Assembly: GCF_964204645.1 (NCBI RefSeq)
Contig: NC_134031.1
Location: 16,603,807-16,667,806, forward strand
From: Tubulanus polymorphus
Taxonomy: Eukaryota > Animalia > Nemertea
Direction: 5' to 3'
DNA length: 64,000 nucleotides
The translations under genes were made by a program, and so were the position numbers. Every line of letters starts with the position of its first letter. The first letter of the stretch is position 1. A model generated the notes under the pieces. It made no database searches. It saw nothing but the letters and a program-made list of their open reading frames with translations, and had not been told where the DNA came from. Below, piece by piece: positions 45,320-57,900 of the stretch.

Positions 45320-47385
45320 ATGGATCTTTCAATGGATACAGTAACGACGTGGATAACTGCAATGAAGTTTGCCGATGAAAAAAACTACGAACAGAGTTTG
45401 CAAACGTTCCAACGAATAAACAGCAAATCATCGAAGATACTCTATAATATGGGATGTATCAGTGCTCTGTTAGATAACCAGTCACAAGCAATAGAGGTAT
45501 CTATCTATGTCCTTCTTAAGTAGATATTGTTTGTCTCATGTCATGGATTTGATAAGGGCTTGTTGTCTGTTTTGAAATTTTGTTGAAAATCTTTTCTGTA
45601 ATTGTCTATATTTCTATCTAGTATTTCAGTGAAGCTTTGAGTAAAGATAACCGTTCAGTTGTGGCACTTCTTCAAAGAGCAAATATCTTCTACGCTTTAA
45701 ACCGGTCAGTATTCGGGTATTTCGTTGATAGATTGATTTCAATGATTCAATTGATAAAGATGAAATAGATCTTAATCGGTCACTCGCCTTGAGTCTATAC
45801 ACACAAAATCAAATCCTAAGGGACATAACCATTTAAGCTTGAAATCAAATCATTAAATGACCAGGAGGGACGATCATCCCTATATCGAAAACAAATGGAC
45901 ACATTTTTTTTACTTTCAGGATATCCGAATGTGAGAATGATTTGCTGATGGCTTTAAACTTTCTGCCTGAACTCTGCTTGATCAGTTACCAATCGGGTCA
46001 ATTTGGTTTAAGAGTAAAAGTTTCCACCTGTCAGGTACAATAAATCACTATACATGAGAGGAAAGAAATTCACTGTACAGCAATATTCAAATACTATGCG
46101 TTCTTTATCTATTTCCTTCAGGTTCTTCACAATTTAAGTTTGTGTTACTGGTTTAGTGGTAGTTACGAAAAAGCTCAATCACAACTTGTAGACGCCAAAA
46201 AGTGTTCTTGTAAAGTTCAAGGTCGACACAAGTTTATCGATGACACGTTGACCGCTATGCAAGTATGCCTTTTTAATTCTTAGATGTCAAGTTATATGTA
46301 AAAGGTGAGTTGTTTTAGTAAGCTTTCGTCTATCTTTTTCAGAGTGGTGAGAATTTGAAACCCGTTCGCATTTCGTACGATCGTCTGTTCCGTCCAGCGA
46401 AAGCGATTATCAGCAGCACTAAAGACATCGATTACCTCGAGCGGGACAAAACAAAGGTTTGTAAATACGCAAAGAAGCCAGGTGATGCAAGCCCATAGCA
46501 TGAGAGATGGGAGTGCGTTCGTTGTTAATTTGGCTCGATTTGAACGGGGTTCAGAGGCCCTCCCCAAGTAAATTTGGAAAATGTGATGCTCTTATATGGT
46601 CTTAGAGCAATTTCTGATATAACAAAGGTCGAAGTTAATAAACAAATTTGATATACATGAATATGTCGTGATAGTTGAAAGTGTTAGATTTTTGCTTACA
46701 AATTAAAAATGAGCGGAACTGAATTTTTTGCGGAGGGATCGTTCGAACGGGCCTGTGATGTCAGCCAATGATTTATGCTTGATTGAAGATGAGATAGTAC
46801 TTTCAATTGATGCTGGTAATGGTTGAATGAGTAGATTTTTCTATTATTTTTCAGATCATTGCAGCACACTCTCCAGATGATAGAATTACTGGATTTATCG
46901 GACCACACATTCGTTCATTGACTCCACCGCTCTCGAGAAGGCAACCTTTACCTCGGACTAATGAGACAGTTCGATCGATTACTCCACCTCCGATTCGATT
47001 ACGGCCTCCACCTCCTCCGAGGCCGCGTTCTTCGCCTTCTCCGGTTTCTAATGAGCAGAAGAGTGCGCCCGTCTCGAAGAACTGTGACCTGTCAGCGTCG
47101 AAAAACAAACCTCGGATGACTGTTCATTCCGGCGTCGAAAGTTTGGCAGCCGCCTTCGAAAATAAGTCGCGACTTAATAAAAAACCTGATGATAGTTCGA
47201 TGAACTTCCGAAAAGTGATAGATAAGGAACATTTACATGGTCCAAATCTTCCGACGTTCTGGAATAATGACTTTAAGCGTGACTCTAGCAGTATTAGTAG
47301 TAGGAGTGTCGTAACAAATAGCGATTTATTGTCGCCTCCAACCCGTATACCACCACGAGCTCCTGTACACCTTAGAAAAACCTAG
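45320..47385 (+). CDS. NCF2: p67phox/NOXA1/NoxR-like NADPH oxidase activator (TPR + activation segment + Pro-rich tail), about 386 aa
   Basis: Exons 45320-45496, 45622-45704, 45920-46034, 46122-46262, 46343-46456 and 46855-47385 join in frame. p67phox-like motifs: SKILYNMGCI, ALSKDNRSVVALLQRA, CQVLHNL, RLFRP, DYL, IIAAHSPDDRITGF. Confidence 0.82.
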
Positions 47386-47916
47386 TGAACATGCAAAGAT
47401 CCTCAGGTGTAAAAAATGTACAATCATTCGGTGTTAACCTCCTATTTTTGATATAACTTTAGGAATGAAAATTTAGCTGTGATGAAATTTTATTTTATTG
47501 AATCATGTTACATTGTCTCCTGTCATTTATTGATTACCGTTTTTATTCCGCTAGCAAGCATGTTTGATTTAGACGATAGAAATGTTAGATTTGTTTTACA
47601 TCACTTGTTAATTATTACATGATTAAAATCGTATAATCTGAAATGATATCCAGATATTGGTGCTCTGAGAAATACAATTTTTATGATGAAAAACAATATT
47701 GCTGATATGTCTCAATAATTATTTTGCATAAGATTATGTGCATTATAATTTAATCTATGAAATAATCATACTGCTCGTACCTATACTATATATACATAAA
47801 TCAACGTGTGCCATTTTTTGAACTTTTCCTTTGTATCACGAATTTAACTGTTGTGAACAGAGTTTTTACATAATTGCAGTATCAGTTATATTCGGATACA
47901 TAGCGAGATTGTAGTA

Positions 47917-48051
47917 CAGTAGACTCCGCTCGAATCGCCTCAGTAGTTTGTTGACATATATGTATGTAAAACATAACATCCAACTCGGATATCACTGAAG
48001 TCGGACATATTCTTATGGTCCCAAAAGGTCCGATTTAAGCGGAGTCTATTG
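47917..48051. mobile_element. Tc1/pogo-like MITE
   Basis: ta|cagtagactccgctcgaatcg...cgatttaagcggagtctattg|ta. Confidence 0.75.
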
Positions 48052-48180
48052 TAGTTTGTTGGTTTTGACATTAAACTAGACGCAAAGATATTGCAGTTTC
48101 TAAACACAATCTGCTGTTGTAACATGATGTGGTAAGCATTTCTAATTACCAGTTATTAATAAAGAATTACCATGTAGAGT

Positions 48181-49161
48181 TTATAATCGAGGTGTTTCAC
48201 AAATATATCTCATTTGGCGCTTAAGTGTTATTGAAAGAGTAGCTTTTGGCGGTGCATCAGTAAGCCAGTGCTCGGATGTTGGGTCCAAGAGCTTGAGTTG
48301 TATACCGATGATAACTACAGCAGAGGATTCTGCCAAGAGGCCATCTGGTTGATTATATCCCCAACCTTTAAATGATTGGTCTATGATCTGTCCACTTGGC
48401 AGCCAGAGGAATGTACCGTTTGGCATTCTGTATCCACCAGTCCAGAAGTCATGCGTATTTGGGGCTGTTAGATAAAAACAAATGGAAAAATATTTGGCAA
48501 AAGTTTTTCCCGAAGTGTGACCACCAGATTTTTTAAGATATGAAAGCTTTTTGCTTACTGTTCTGACTTCGGATATAATTTCGTATAGTTTCAAATTCAG
48601 AATAAGTTTCCGTTTGGAGTAAACGGCCATTTGACATGTTCCGACATGTTGCCTCCGCGTCCTTTTGTTCCAAGACAAATTCATCACCGAAGAAATAACA
48701 CCCTTCGCCGAGTACAAAGTAGTTTGGTGAACATACTGCAAACCGAAAGGTATTTAGCAAATTGAATTTACGTGCACATTTAGATTAGAAAAATGTGTTG
48801 AAAATATTGTATAGTTACCAAATAGTTCTGAAGTATTATCCATACCACTTGACTTCCCAAAAAGATTTGCGGTCTGTCTGATTATGGTTGCCATCAGAAA
48901 ATTGTCATCACTTGCTTTTCTGTACAGAATGCACTTTTCTGATGCAATTGAGTATGAAAAGTGAGATACACCATCAGTCATAAGGGCCTGTACTGCACAT
49001 ACGAAAATACTTTCTTTCAAATATTGATCATATTGTGTAAGGCGCGCTTCATTTGAAAATAGTTCATATTCTTGTTCTCGGAATTGTTCAGCTTCGTTTA
49101 GACTTGCCGACGAAACACAGAAAAGCCACGCCATTATCGCAATAACCTTCCACATTTTCAT
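48181..49161 (-). CDS. Secreted C-type lectin (QPD motif) with an N-terminal Cys-containing, PAN/apple-like segment, about 258 aa
   Basis: Exons 48846-49161, 48559-48735 and 48181-48464 join in phase. Signal peptide MKMWKVIAIMAWLFCVSSA; CTLD motifs CSPNYFVLGEGCYFF, AEATC, FWTGG, FLW, WGYNQPD, YICE. Confidence 0.85.
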
Positions 49162-49942
49162 GAAAAAATACTTCAAAATACCTAACACTAGAATCACAAG
49201 CTGCGTTGTAATTTGTTAATAGCTTTTTCCAAGATCGTTGCGTGCGCCAACTAAGCAACACAACCACAAAATACTGATATATATGCAATTTTCATAATGA
49301 ATTCAGTGTTGGCTAATTAGTTGAAACTACTCAGTAGTTATCAATAGAAAAACTTAATCCAGATAATTAATTCAGTTCGAATGTAGTAGTGATGATGATT
49401 TAAATTCATTTCGCGATGCAAGCGAGATTTGTTGCAAACTAACGTTAAGAATTTATTCAAATGATTGGCAACAAGCCTATGAATTATTACCATTTTGATA
49501 TTTCAAAATGGTCATAATTCATTTTTATGAAATGATCGATTCGCTTTTCCTGAATGTTGATAGAAGCAGGAAGAGTGGACATAACTGAAATTTGACAAAT
49601 ATTGGTTTCTTTGATTAAATTTTCAATTTTGGAAGTCGATACTGCATCTCTTCCTTACTGCTTTCCCTCTGGCTCCGTATATTTTGGGACATATAGCTAT
49701 CACAAAGTGAGCAGATTTGACCAATATTTGTCTACTATGCTTAAATTCTCAATTCTTGAAGTTGATACTGCATCCACATCCTCCTGTATCCTTAGGGGAG
49801 ACACAATGCGATCACAGTCTGCAATGATTTTGCCAGAGAGGCTATTTTTGAATCCTAGTGAATCCTCCCATGTCTATTCATTCAGTCGTCATGATTTGCA
49901 GAGATAAAACTGGTCAAGATTTATCATAGTTTCTGTATAGTA

Positions 49943-50099
49943 CAGTGGAACCTAGTTATAACGAAATCGGATATAACAAATATAGAATTGTGTTCCAAGT
50001 AAGACAATTAAATTCATTTGATACTGAATATAACAAACTATCGTTTATAACAAACAGATTTTCTGGTCCCCTGAGGTTCGTTGTATCGAGGTTACACTG
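49943..50099. mobile_element. Tc1/pogo(Tigger)-like MITE
   Basis: ta|cagtggaacctagttataacgaa...ttcgttgtatcgaggttacactg|ta. Confidence 0.75.
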
Positions 50100-51110
50100 T
50101 AGTCATTAGCAAATACGCTAGATAACTCCTCTAATGACTGCAGTAAAATACCATAACGGCACGAAGAAAAAAAACTATTAATACTATATGTATGTTCGTT
50201 CATTAGAAATTTATTAATCACAAACACGATTTATAGGTTCACATCATCATATTACTCATCCATTCATTCATAGACCCTAAATCATTTTTAGAGTCTACGA
50301 TTCATCGTAACATAAAAATAAGAACACGCTTTCACCACAAATACAGGGTACTGAACGGCAGGAAACGACATTTCAAAGAAACGCATCTTAAATCTCGATA
50401 ATTTACGTAGTTGAGATATTCAAAGATGAACTGATCTACTCTACACCATAATAATAGAAACATTTTGTCAGACATGTATCAATACTTCAATTGGCTGTGA
50501 ATTCACAAATTCTGCACATTTCATGACATAGTTTTCTGTGAACGTGAAACACGACGAAAAGAATAGTATCAATAGTAATGTATGAATAGTATCAATTTCA
50601 CAAAAAATGTAGGGCTCAGTTCCATGAATACATTAAGCTCGGTTTTTGGTTAAGTCTGGGTTTATCAATTTACATTCTTGTTCTTTACTAGCCTAACGAT
50701 TATATCTTAACCTGGATAAAAGTATAAATTGTTTTTTTTTGTGACGATGTTATACAACGATGGCGAAAGTTCCACGAAGCAGTTATCACAAAATTATTCG
50801 AATTAAAATGAAATCTTTCCCTGAGAGAAATTGTGGTCAGACGTACAAAATGAGCTTAACACAACACAATTTTGAACATAAAATTTATGAAGTGTGCAAT
50901 GTATCAAATAATGACTGAATGATTTGTGAATCCCAAAGGCCCAGTTTCACCAAGACACAATATTAATGATAAGTTGCCAGAGACGACTAACTCTTTCATT
51001 TTTTTCGATAACATATACGGTAGTGACTTTTGAAAACGTTTTCAGACTCATAACCAAACAAGACTAAAACACTAGACATATCATTAAAACCTAAGGAGTA
51101 ACCTATCAAT

Positions 51111-51222
51111 CAGGACCCAGTTCCACAGTTGTTTGAGATAACTCTTGAGTTAAAGTTAGTTCATTTTCAATGATTTGACTCGTGAGTCAAATCTTAACTC
51201 AGAACTGTGGAACTGGACCCAG
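51111..51222. mobile_element. Palindromic CAG-flanked MITE
   Basis: cag|gacccagttccacagtt...aactgtggaactggacc|cag. Confidence 0.65.
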
Positions 51223-51271
51223 GGGCATCATCAAGATTAACTCGAAATTTTCCATTAGTTGGCTTCCTTAA

Positions 51272-51547
51272 CCCTTTCACTACATCTACACCGCAGTGTG
51301 GTGTATAAATCAGTGATGGGTTTTGCTAGTACACCGCACCGAGGTGTATTGGTGTAATTAGTAATTATCTCTATTGAAAGATGGCAGCACCTGTCAAACA
51401 GTGAAATATTAGTAACTAACGATATACCGCGCCAGGGTGTAGACACACTATAGTGCTATTCCCGTTATTCAGCACACTAGGGTGAAATTTTTCAAAATTT
51501 TCAAATTATCTCCAGCACTATAGGGTTTTTAGTCAGCACTGAAAGGG
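51272..51547. mobile_element. piggyBac-type MITE (copy 2)
   Basis: TTAA|CCCTTTCAC...CACTGAAAGGG|TTAA, colinear with 19510-19799. Confidence 0.88.
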
Positions 51548-51955
51548 TTAATGAGAATATTATGAACTAGATTATTGTTTTCTTTTCAATCGAGCCTAAC
51601 ACGGCGACAATTGATTACATGAAAGTGAAATAAGTTATAAATGATGACGACCGCTAATCACAAGCTCTGCACAGAAAAATCATACAATAACAATTCAATA
51701 GATTGAATTAATGGTTGAATACATTGTAACAGTGTATGTTTAAAATTCCTTCTAGCACCAATTGATCACAAAAATTCCATGAATCTTCATCTTAAAATTG
51801 TCTTTGCGCGATCGAAAATGTCATGAGGAATGATAAGGAATGTTTCATGGTCCCCGAAGTTACCGGGGAATGTCGGAACCGTCAACGCAACGTCTTTCCG
51901 CTGGAATAAAGCACGAATAATAGTGGAGTTAGAAAGTTCGGATGTAAGAATACGG

Positions 51956-54900
51956 TCAGTCAGATATGTCTATGATTTCATCGGGATCGGGTGGATTGAA
52001 TATCTGTTGGTTGGTCGACAACGATTTGTAAGACTGAATTTTAATCGGCGAGGTATTGATCGATGACATGACGTCCCTCGCATGCGCGCGAAATTCCTCG
52101 GACACGTTCAGCATCAAGTTACCTCCGAGCGGCGATGGTTCGACCGACTCGGCGACCAGTCTCGGCGCCGGACTGCGATTGACCGGCGAAACTGAACGCG
52201 TATTACGACAATAACTGTACCCGGTTTTACGCAGGAGCGCCGTCACCGGCGTCACCGACCGAGACGAACTCGGCGACTCGCTAATAACCGGTCGCTGCTG
52301 GTCGCGTATTTCTAACATGTTCGGCGAAATGCTCGGCGAAAACGACGACAAGTTCTCGTTTACGCGTACAGCGCTAGTATGACTAGTATTCGTAGGTATT
52401 TGTAGCATTGATGTGCTAGTACTCACGCTGCCCTTCGATACAGTTACCGGTTGCGATTGCGGAGATCTTTTTATTTCTTTCGCAACAATATTTCCCTGAT
52501 TTTCCGATTTCGAAACCTCTTTAACTTCATCGTCATCATCATCATCATCATTTTCATCATCGCTAATTTGAATTTCGGGAATAATCCGCGTATTGTTCGT
52601 CGATGATTGCACATTTTCAGCTGTATTTCGACTTCGTGATTGCGACGAATCGCTGTTGATTTGGATTTCTGGAACGCAGCGCGAGTCGTCGGTGTCCCGA
52701 ATAGATATTGAACTCGTTTTGAGAGTATCACCGGCGCTGACGGTTTTTTCCGGAATATTACAAATACTGTGCGGCGTACGCGAATTATCTTTCAACGATT
52801 TGTTGACAGTTTCGCGAGAATTCGAATTTCGATTCGACAACAACCGATCGATGATTGCCATATCATTCGACGTAGGTTTACTCGGCGTGTTATCGCAAAC
52901 CTCCACCGACAGTCTGCGCATTTCGACTGGACAGTCGATGTTTTGGCAACGGATTTTCTTCCGCGACGGGCCGATATCCGTACGTTGAGAATTGTCGACG
53001 TCAATAATCGTTAACGGACTGGCAGACGGCGGCGGCGACTTCGAAGCAGACGGAGCGTCGATTAAGATGACGCGATCGTCTAACGACGACGCGCTAATTA
53101 CATCGATACTCGACGCGTGGTTACGTTTTAGACGTTTCAATCGCGTCGCGGCAGACGTCTTCACGACAATGCAATCGTCGTTGCTCGTTAATCGTCTCTT
53201 TTTTGGACTACACTGAGCTAGAATAACACAATCGTCGTTCTTAACCGGTCGTTCACAGTTGGACAGCGTCTCGGTTATTTGACAGCTACCTTCCGGCTGT
53301 CCAACATCCGCGGTATTTGTGCTCGGAGTTTTATCGGCAGTCGTTTCGGGACTACGCGCTTGACTCAATTCCGATTGAGTCAAATCAACGATTTTATCAT
53401 CGACATACGTCTGTGCATCGGCTTTCGGTTGACTATCAACCAACTCATCGTTAACAATCATTTCTTTATTCTCCTGACTACCGCTCAACAGAATTACATC
53501 GACCTCATTCGTCGTCTCTGCGTTTGAACTAATTCCGAGATTTTCAGTTTTAACGACAGAAGTTTTCGATTTTCGAGATTCGCGCGGCGACGGACCGTGA
53601 TATTCGATAATGCAGACGCTATCGTCGTGTTCCAATTCACTTGTCCCGGTTACGTCGTCGGTAAATATATCTTCGACGCTACTCCGATGGTGAACGATCG
53701 ACTCGCTCGATTGGTCCGGAGTTTCTATCGCGTGGTTCTCCGAATGTCCGACACGTTCATCCGCCGCCATCCGGTCACCAGTTTTTCTAGCGAAATCACT
53801 AAGAATATTAGTCCATTTACCGGCATCGGTGACAGATGCGTTAAACGTTCCATCGACTGAAATAGAAAACAAGAATCGCTCTTCTTTATCCAAACACAAA
53901 ATGAAACAAATCATAGCACATTAAGCACGTGGTTAGTGAAATTCCTTACAAGACACTTGGTAGCTGTCAAAAGTACTAGTTTTCCCGTTGAAATGGCGGG
54001 AAAACGATGAATCCAGAACTATCAGTAGACTGAGTAGCCACACTTTTATTGCCAGGGGGAAAATATCAAGCAGTGAATCATCAGAAGACAGGAGAATGTT
54101 AGATGTTTTGGTATCTGCTGAACTAGGCCTCGGAAAATGGCACAGCACTACAAACTACGCCCATATTTAGCAGTCAATCGATTAAAAGCTTGATGAATAT
54201 ATACAATTCATACAGGCCTCCTTGACAGCATAATAAAACGCAGTGTCCGATTTTATGGCGAGAGAATAGGGCAGAAAAGCTTGAAGAGATGATTGTGAAA
54301 GCAGACGTACTAAAAATTCAATGATTAATTGACGAACCTTCTTCGCGGCCTGCTGGTGTTGATTCAACCGGTTTATCCTCGTCAATGTCATTCAAAACTG
54401 TCTCCAGCTCTACATAATAATCATAAACATAATAATCAAAAGAAAACAATTATGTTTGACAACAATTTACCACCTACCGAATATGACAGATTCCTTCAAA
54501 TTCAGGCATTTTCATCAAGAAATGTTTTCCATACATGGTAGGAAATTATAGACAGACGAACACCAGTGAATTTAAACGCTAAAATCAACAATATTCCTCA
54601 CCTGCATCGGGCAATTCCTCTTCGCCAGCAGTATCTTCTTCATCCTCGTCATCATCATCATTTTCGTCGTCGTCGTCTTCGTACTGTTTACGGGCAAATT
54701 TGTTGATGACCTTCAATTGATTAAGAACAAAATCAATGAACACTGAACAATAGTCTGCCTAGAGCTGAAACGCATTTGAGCTAGATGGCCTCGTTTCGCT
54801 AAAACCAATTCATATTAACTGAAACTGAAATTTCCTATTATGTACTTCGATTTAAACAAAAAAATTCTGTAAATTCGACTGCTGATCATGCAACTATATC

Positions 54901-57900
54901 TGTACTTCGATTTCCAATTTCAAAATCGAAGGAACCTCCCTGTTATGCTGCCAGCCAGTGTGGTGGGTTTGTAAAGGACACCAAATCAAAACAAATCATA
55001 TGAAATCTATCAATCAAATAAATAAATAACAGGGTCAAACTCAATTTTATGGAAAAAAAATAATTCATATTCAATATATTCATTCCAATGATATTTAAAC
55101 TAGGCAATCTTACATCATCCAGTTTCATCTTTCCAGCTTTCTTATTTTGATCCAGTTGTCGGCGAAGTTCTAAATTATAAATAGCCGGATCCGCTTCCGT
55201 TCTGAATACACAGAAAAATATAAAATATCTTTGAGAAATTAACGTCGAAACCAAACAAAATTTAAAACCCTAAACGAAGGAGTTCTACCTACCTGACTTG
55301 ATCGGTTAGTTCACATCCGAAATCGGACACAAAATCCTGCTGTCTTCGTTTCTGTAACCGATCACCGATATCTGTGAACGCCTCACGAGCGAGTGCCTGA
55401 ATCTTTGATGCGCTGGAAAGATTTGGAATCAAAATTTTTCGATAAATAACTCGGTACCATTTCATAATTAGAAAATATTTCATAGGGTCCCTACAGTAGC
55501 CTTAAAACTACTGTCTACTAAATTCAGTTTCTTTAGTAACAGCCTAATTGGGTAAAGAAAAAATTCTGATCCCAACCGTTCCCAGTTACTGTACAACTAC
55601 AAACATTTCCAATAGCCTATTTCTCAAAATTGACAGAGTTTTAAAGTAGTTTCAGGCATTTGCTCATATTAAAGGAGTTTCAAGCAACTTTAATGGCATT
55701 TTCAGTTTAGAGGGAGTGTTTTTAAGGAATCAAGGTGTCGTAGGGACCCTGTCTATATGATTGTTATATTACGTACTTCAGTCCGAGGTTGTATTTTTTA
55801 TTCGACTTCGAGATGACGCGTTTCACGTCATGGTAATCGGGAAACGATTTCGTGTTGTTGATGAATCGCGCGAGTAGTTTATTTATTTCTCTGAATCTCG
55901 TACCTGAAAAAAAATAGCAAACGTGGCAGTCACACTTAAATCACAAATATACGATCCCACAATGAAAAATAGTGTCCGAAATGTTTACTTAAGCTTATAA
56001 TGTATTTCGATGTTTCGTTCATATCCTAATAGTCATCTTCAGGAATAATAATTCACATCAAAATTAAGAAAACAATGAAATAGTCTTTTTTTTCTCGATA
56101 TTTTCTCATTTATAAGAACTTCCAACCAAAATTCTTAGTCTGGCAAGTCTGGCAAAAGGATTTTCTATGTTAAGTGGTCACGTGGCTCCAAACTTTCAGA
56201 TGCTGATTTGAATGAAGTACTGGTTTACTTGTTGGAGTCCTGCATTTTACCCTATAATATGGAAGATCTAAAAAATTTTGGCTCTCACCATTAAACTTGA
56301 ATTTTCTATCACTGATACGCCCTACGTGTATATCGCGGCCTTTTATTTCACAAAGTTTCGTCCAACACTTCGTAAATCGTTGAGCGAGTTTGTGTTCGAG
56401 AATGTGTGAATTGTCCTCCTTGTCTAAATCATCGAGCGACAGCTCTTTTTCCTGAAGTTTCTTTATCTTCTTGTGAATAGCCTTCAACGAATAAACAAAT
56501 GTTTTCAACCCACCCAGCACAGCATTCATGGTGTAAATCTAGATGGAGGAAAACTGATTGACGATAATGAGGACCCCATGCCACCACCAGCTATCCCACT
56601 AGATGGTGTGTGTATCATTAAGAGAACTACCCGGTAAATGAAAATCTAGTTCATTCGTAATGAACTTTTATCTGAATTTTTAGCTTCCCACACAAGAAAT
56701 TAGGCAAATCGTGCCTCTCGATGAATTAAGATCGATCTTAAGGGTTCATTCATAGCGCACTTTTGATCTACAATTCATAGTACACGAGAAATATGGATAG
56801 ATCTAAATTGAATCTGAGAAGAAATCCGGCATCATTGTCTAAATACACCACTAGCGTGCCTGATGGATCATCGCATATCACTAAAGCAAAATCCTCAATT
56901 ATCACAGTCCAACCCTCGCATCAAGCTAATGATTTAATACAAACCTCAAGTAACGTCTCCAATTTTTCTATTTGTCGCCGTGAGCCTTTCTTCTTTGAAT
57001 TACTTGCCGATGAGGCTTCGATATTTTCATCATTACCGGTATTTTCTGGTTGTGATTCATTATCGTCCTCAGTTTCGACTTGTATCGGCTCAGTTAGCGT
57101 TTCACCGTCCATCAACGTTTTAGACGTACCGGCGCGTGGTTCCGGATGACAATCAACTGTCTTCGTTACGCAATGATCCGGCGAAAAACTACGAACATTT
57201 ATCGGTGAATTCAGACTCGGTTGGATTTCATTTTCGCTAACGTTTTTATCGTCGTCATTTTTCAAACACTCGTTGCTCGTGTTTATATCGTCGATACCGT
57301 TTCGTTCGGCATCGTGAGCGCGAGATTCCGTCTCAGTTTCAGCAGCCGCGCAGCGCGATACCAACGGAATATTTCGCGATTCCGGCGAAGAATCCCTGCT
57401 ACTGCTGGCGCTCACGTTTAAGCTTTTCACGCGATCGACGCGTACGAGACGCAGTTGAAGTCGACGCGGCGTTTTCGTTTCGATTCTCTGATTGAGATCG
57501 AGCGAAAAATCCGTATCGGTCGAACTACAGCGAAACTTCTTCGCAGCCGCTGCCGCCGCCGGGGGCTGTGATGCATCGGAATCGCACGAGTTTTTACGTT
57601 TGGTCGTTGTTTTTTCAGGCACGCGACGATTCGCTTTCAATTCGTGAACTAAATCGCGAATATAAACGTAAATATTGTGCGGATCGTTGGAAATCTTTTC
57701 CGACAGGTTCGTCAGCAGGTTCCGATAGTCTTTCGAACCGAGGTATTCGGATTTCGCGGTCGCGTGCCGATTTTTTATGAACTCTAAGAACTTTTTATCG
57801 TCCGAAGAAGTGAGATGCTTCTTACACTCATCCTGAAACTGATTTTTAAAAGCAAGGTTGGATTTTTATTTAAACGATCTTATTTAGATTAGAAATAGAA

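Noticed and set aside
48533-48760. Apparent frameshifts in the lectin
   Set aside because: Explained by two GT-AG introns.
49590-49780. Direct repeat of about 60 bp inside a 101-aa ORF
   Set aside because: Local duplication with a non-ATG start and no domain; no support for a gene.
52471-53860. Several overlapping ORFs on both strands
   Set aside because: Shadows of the large DAXX last exon.
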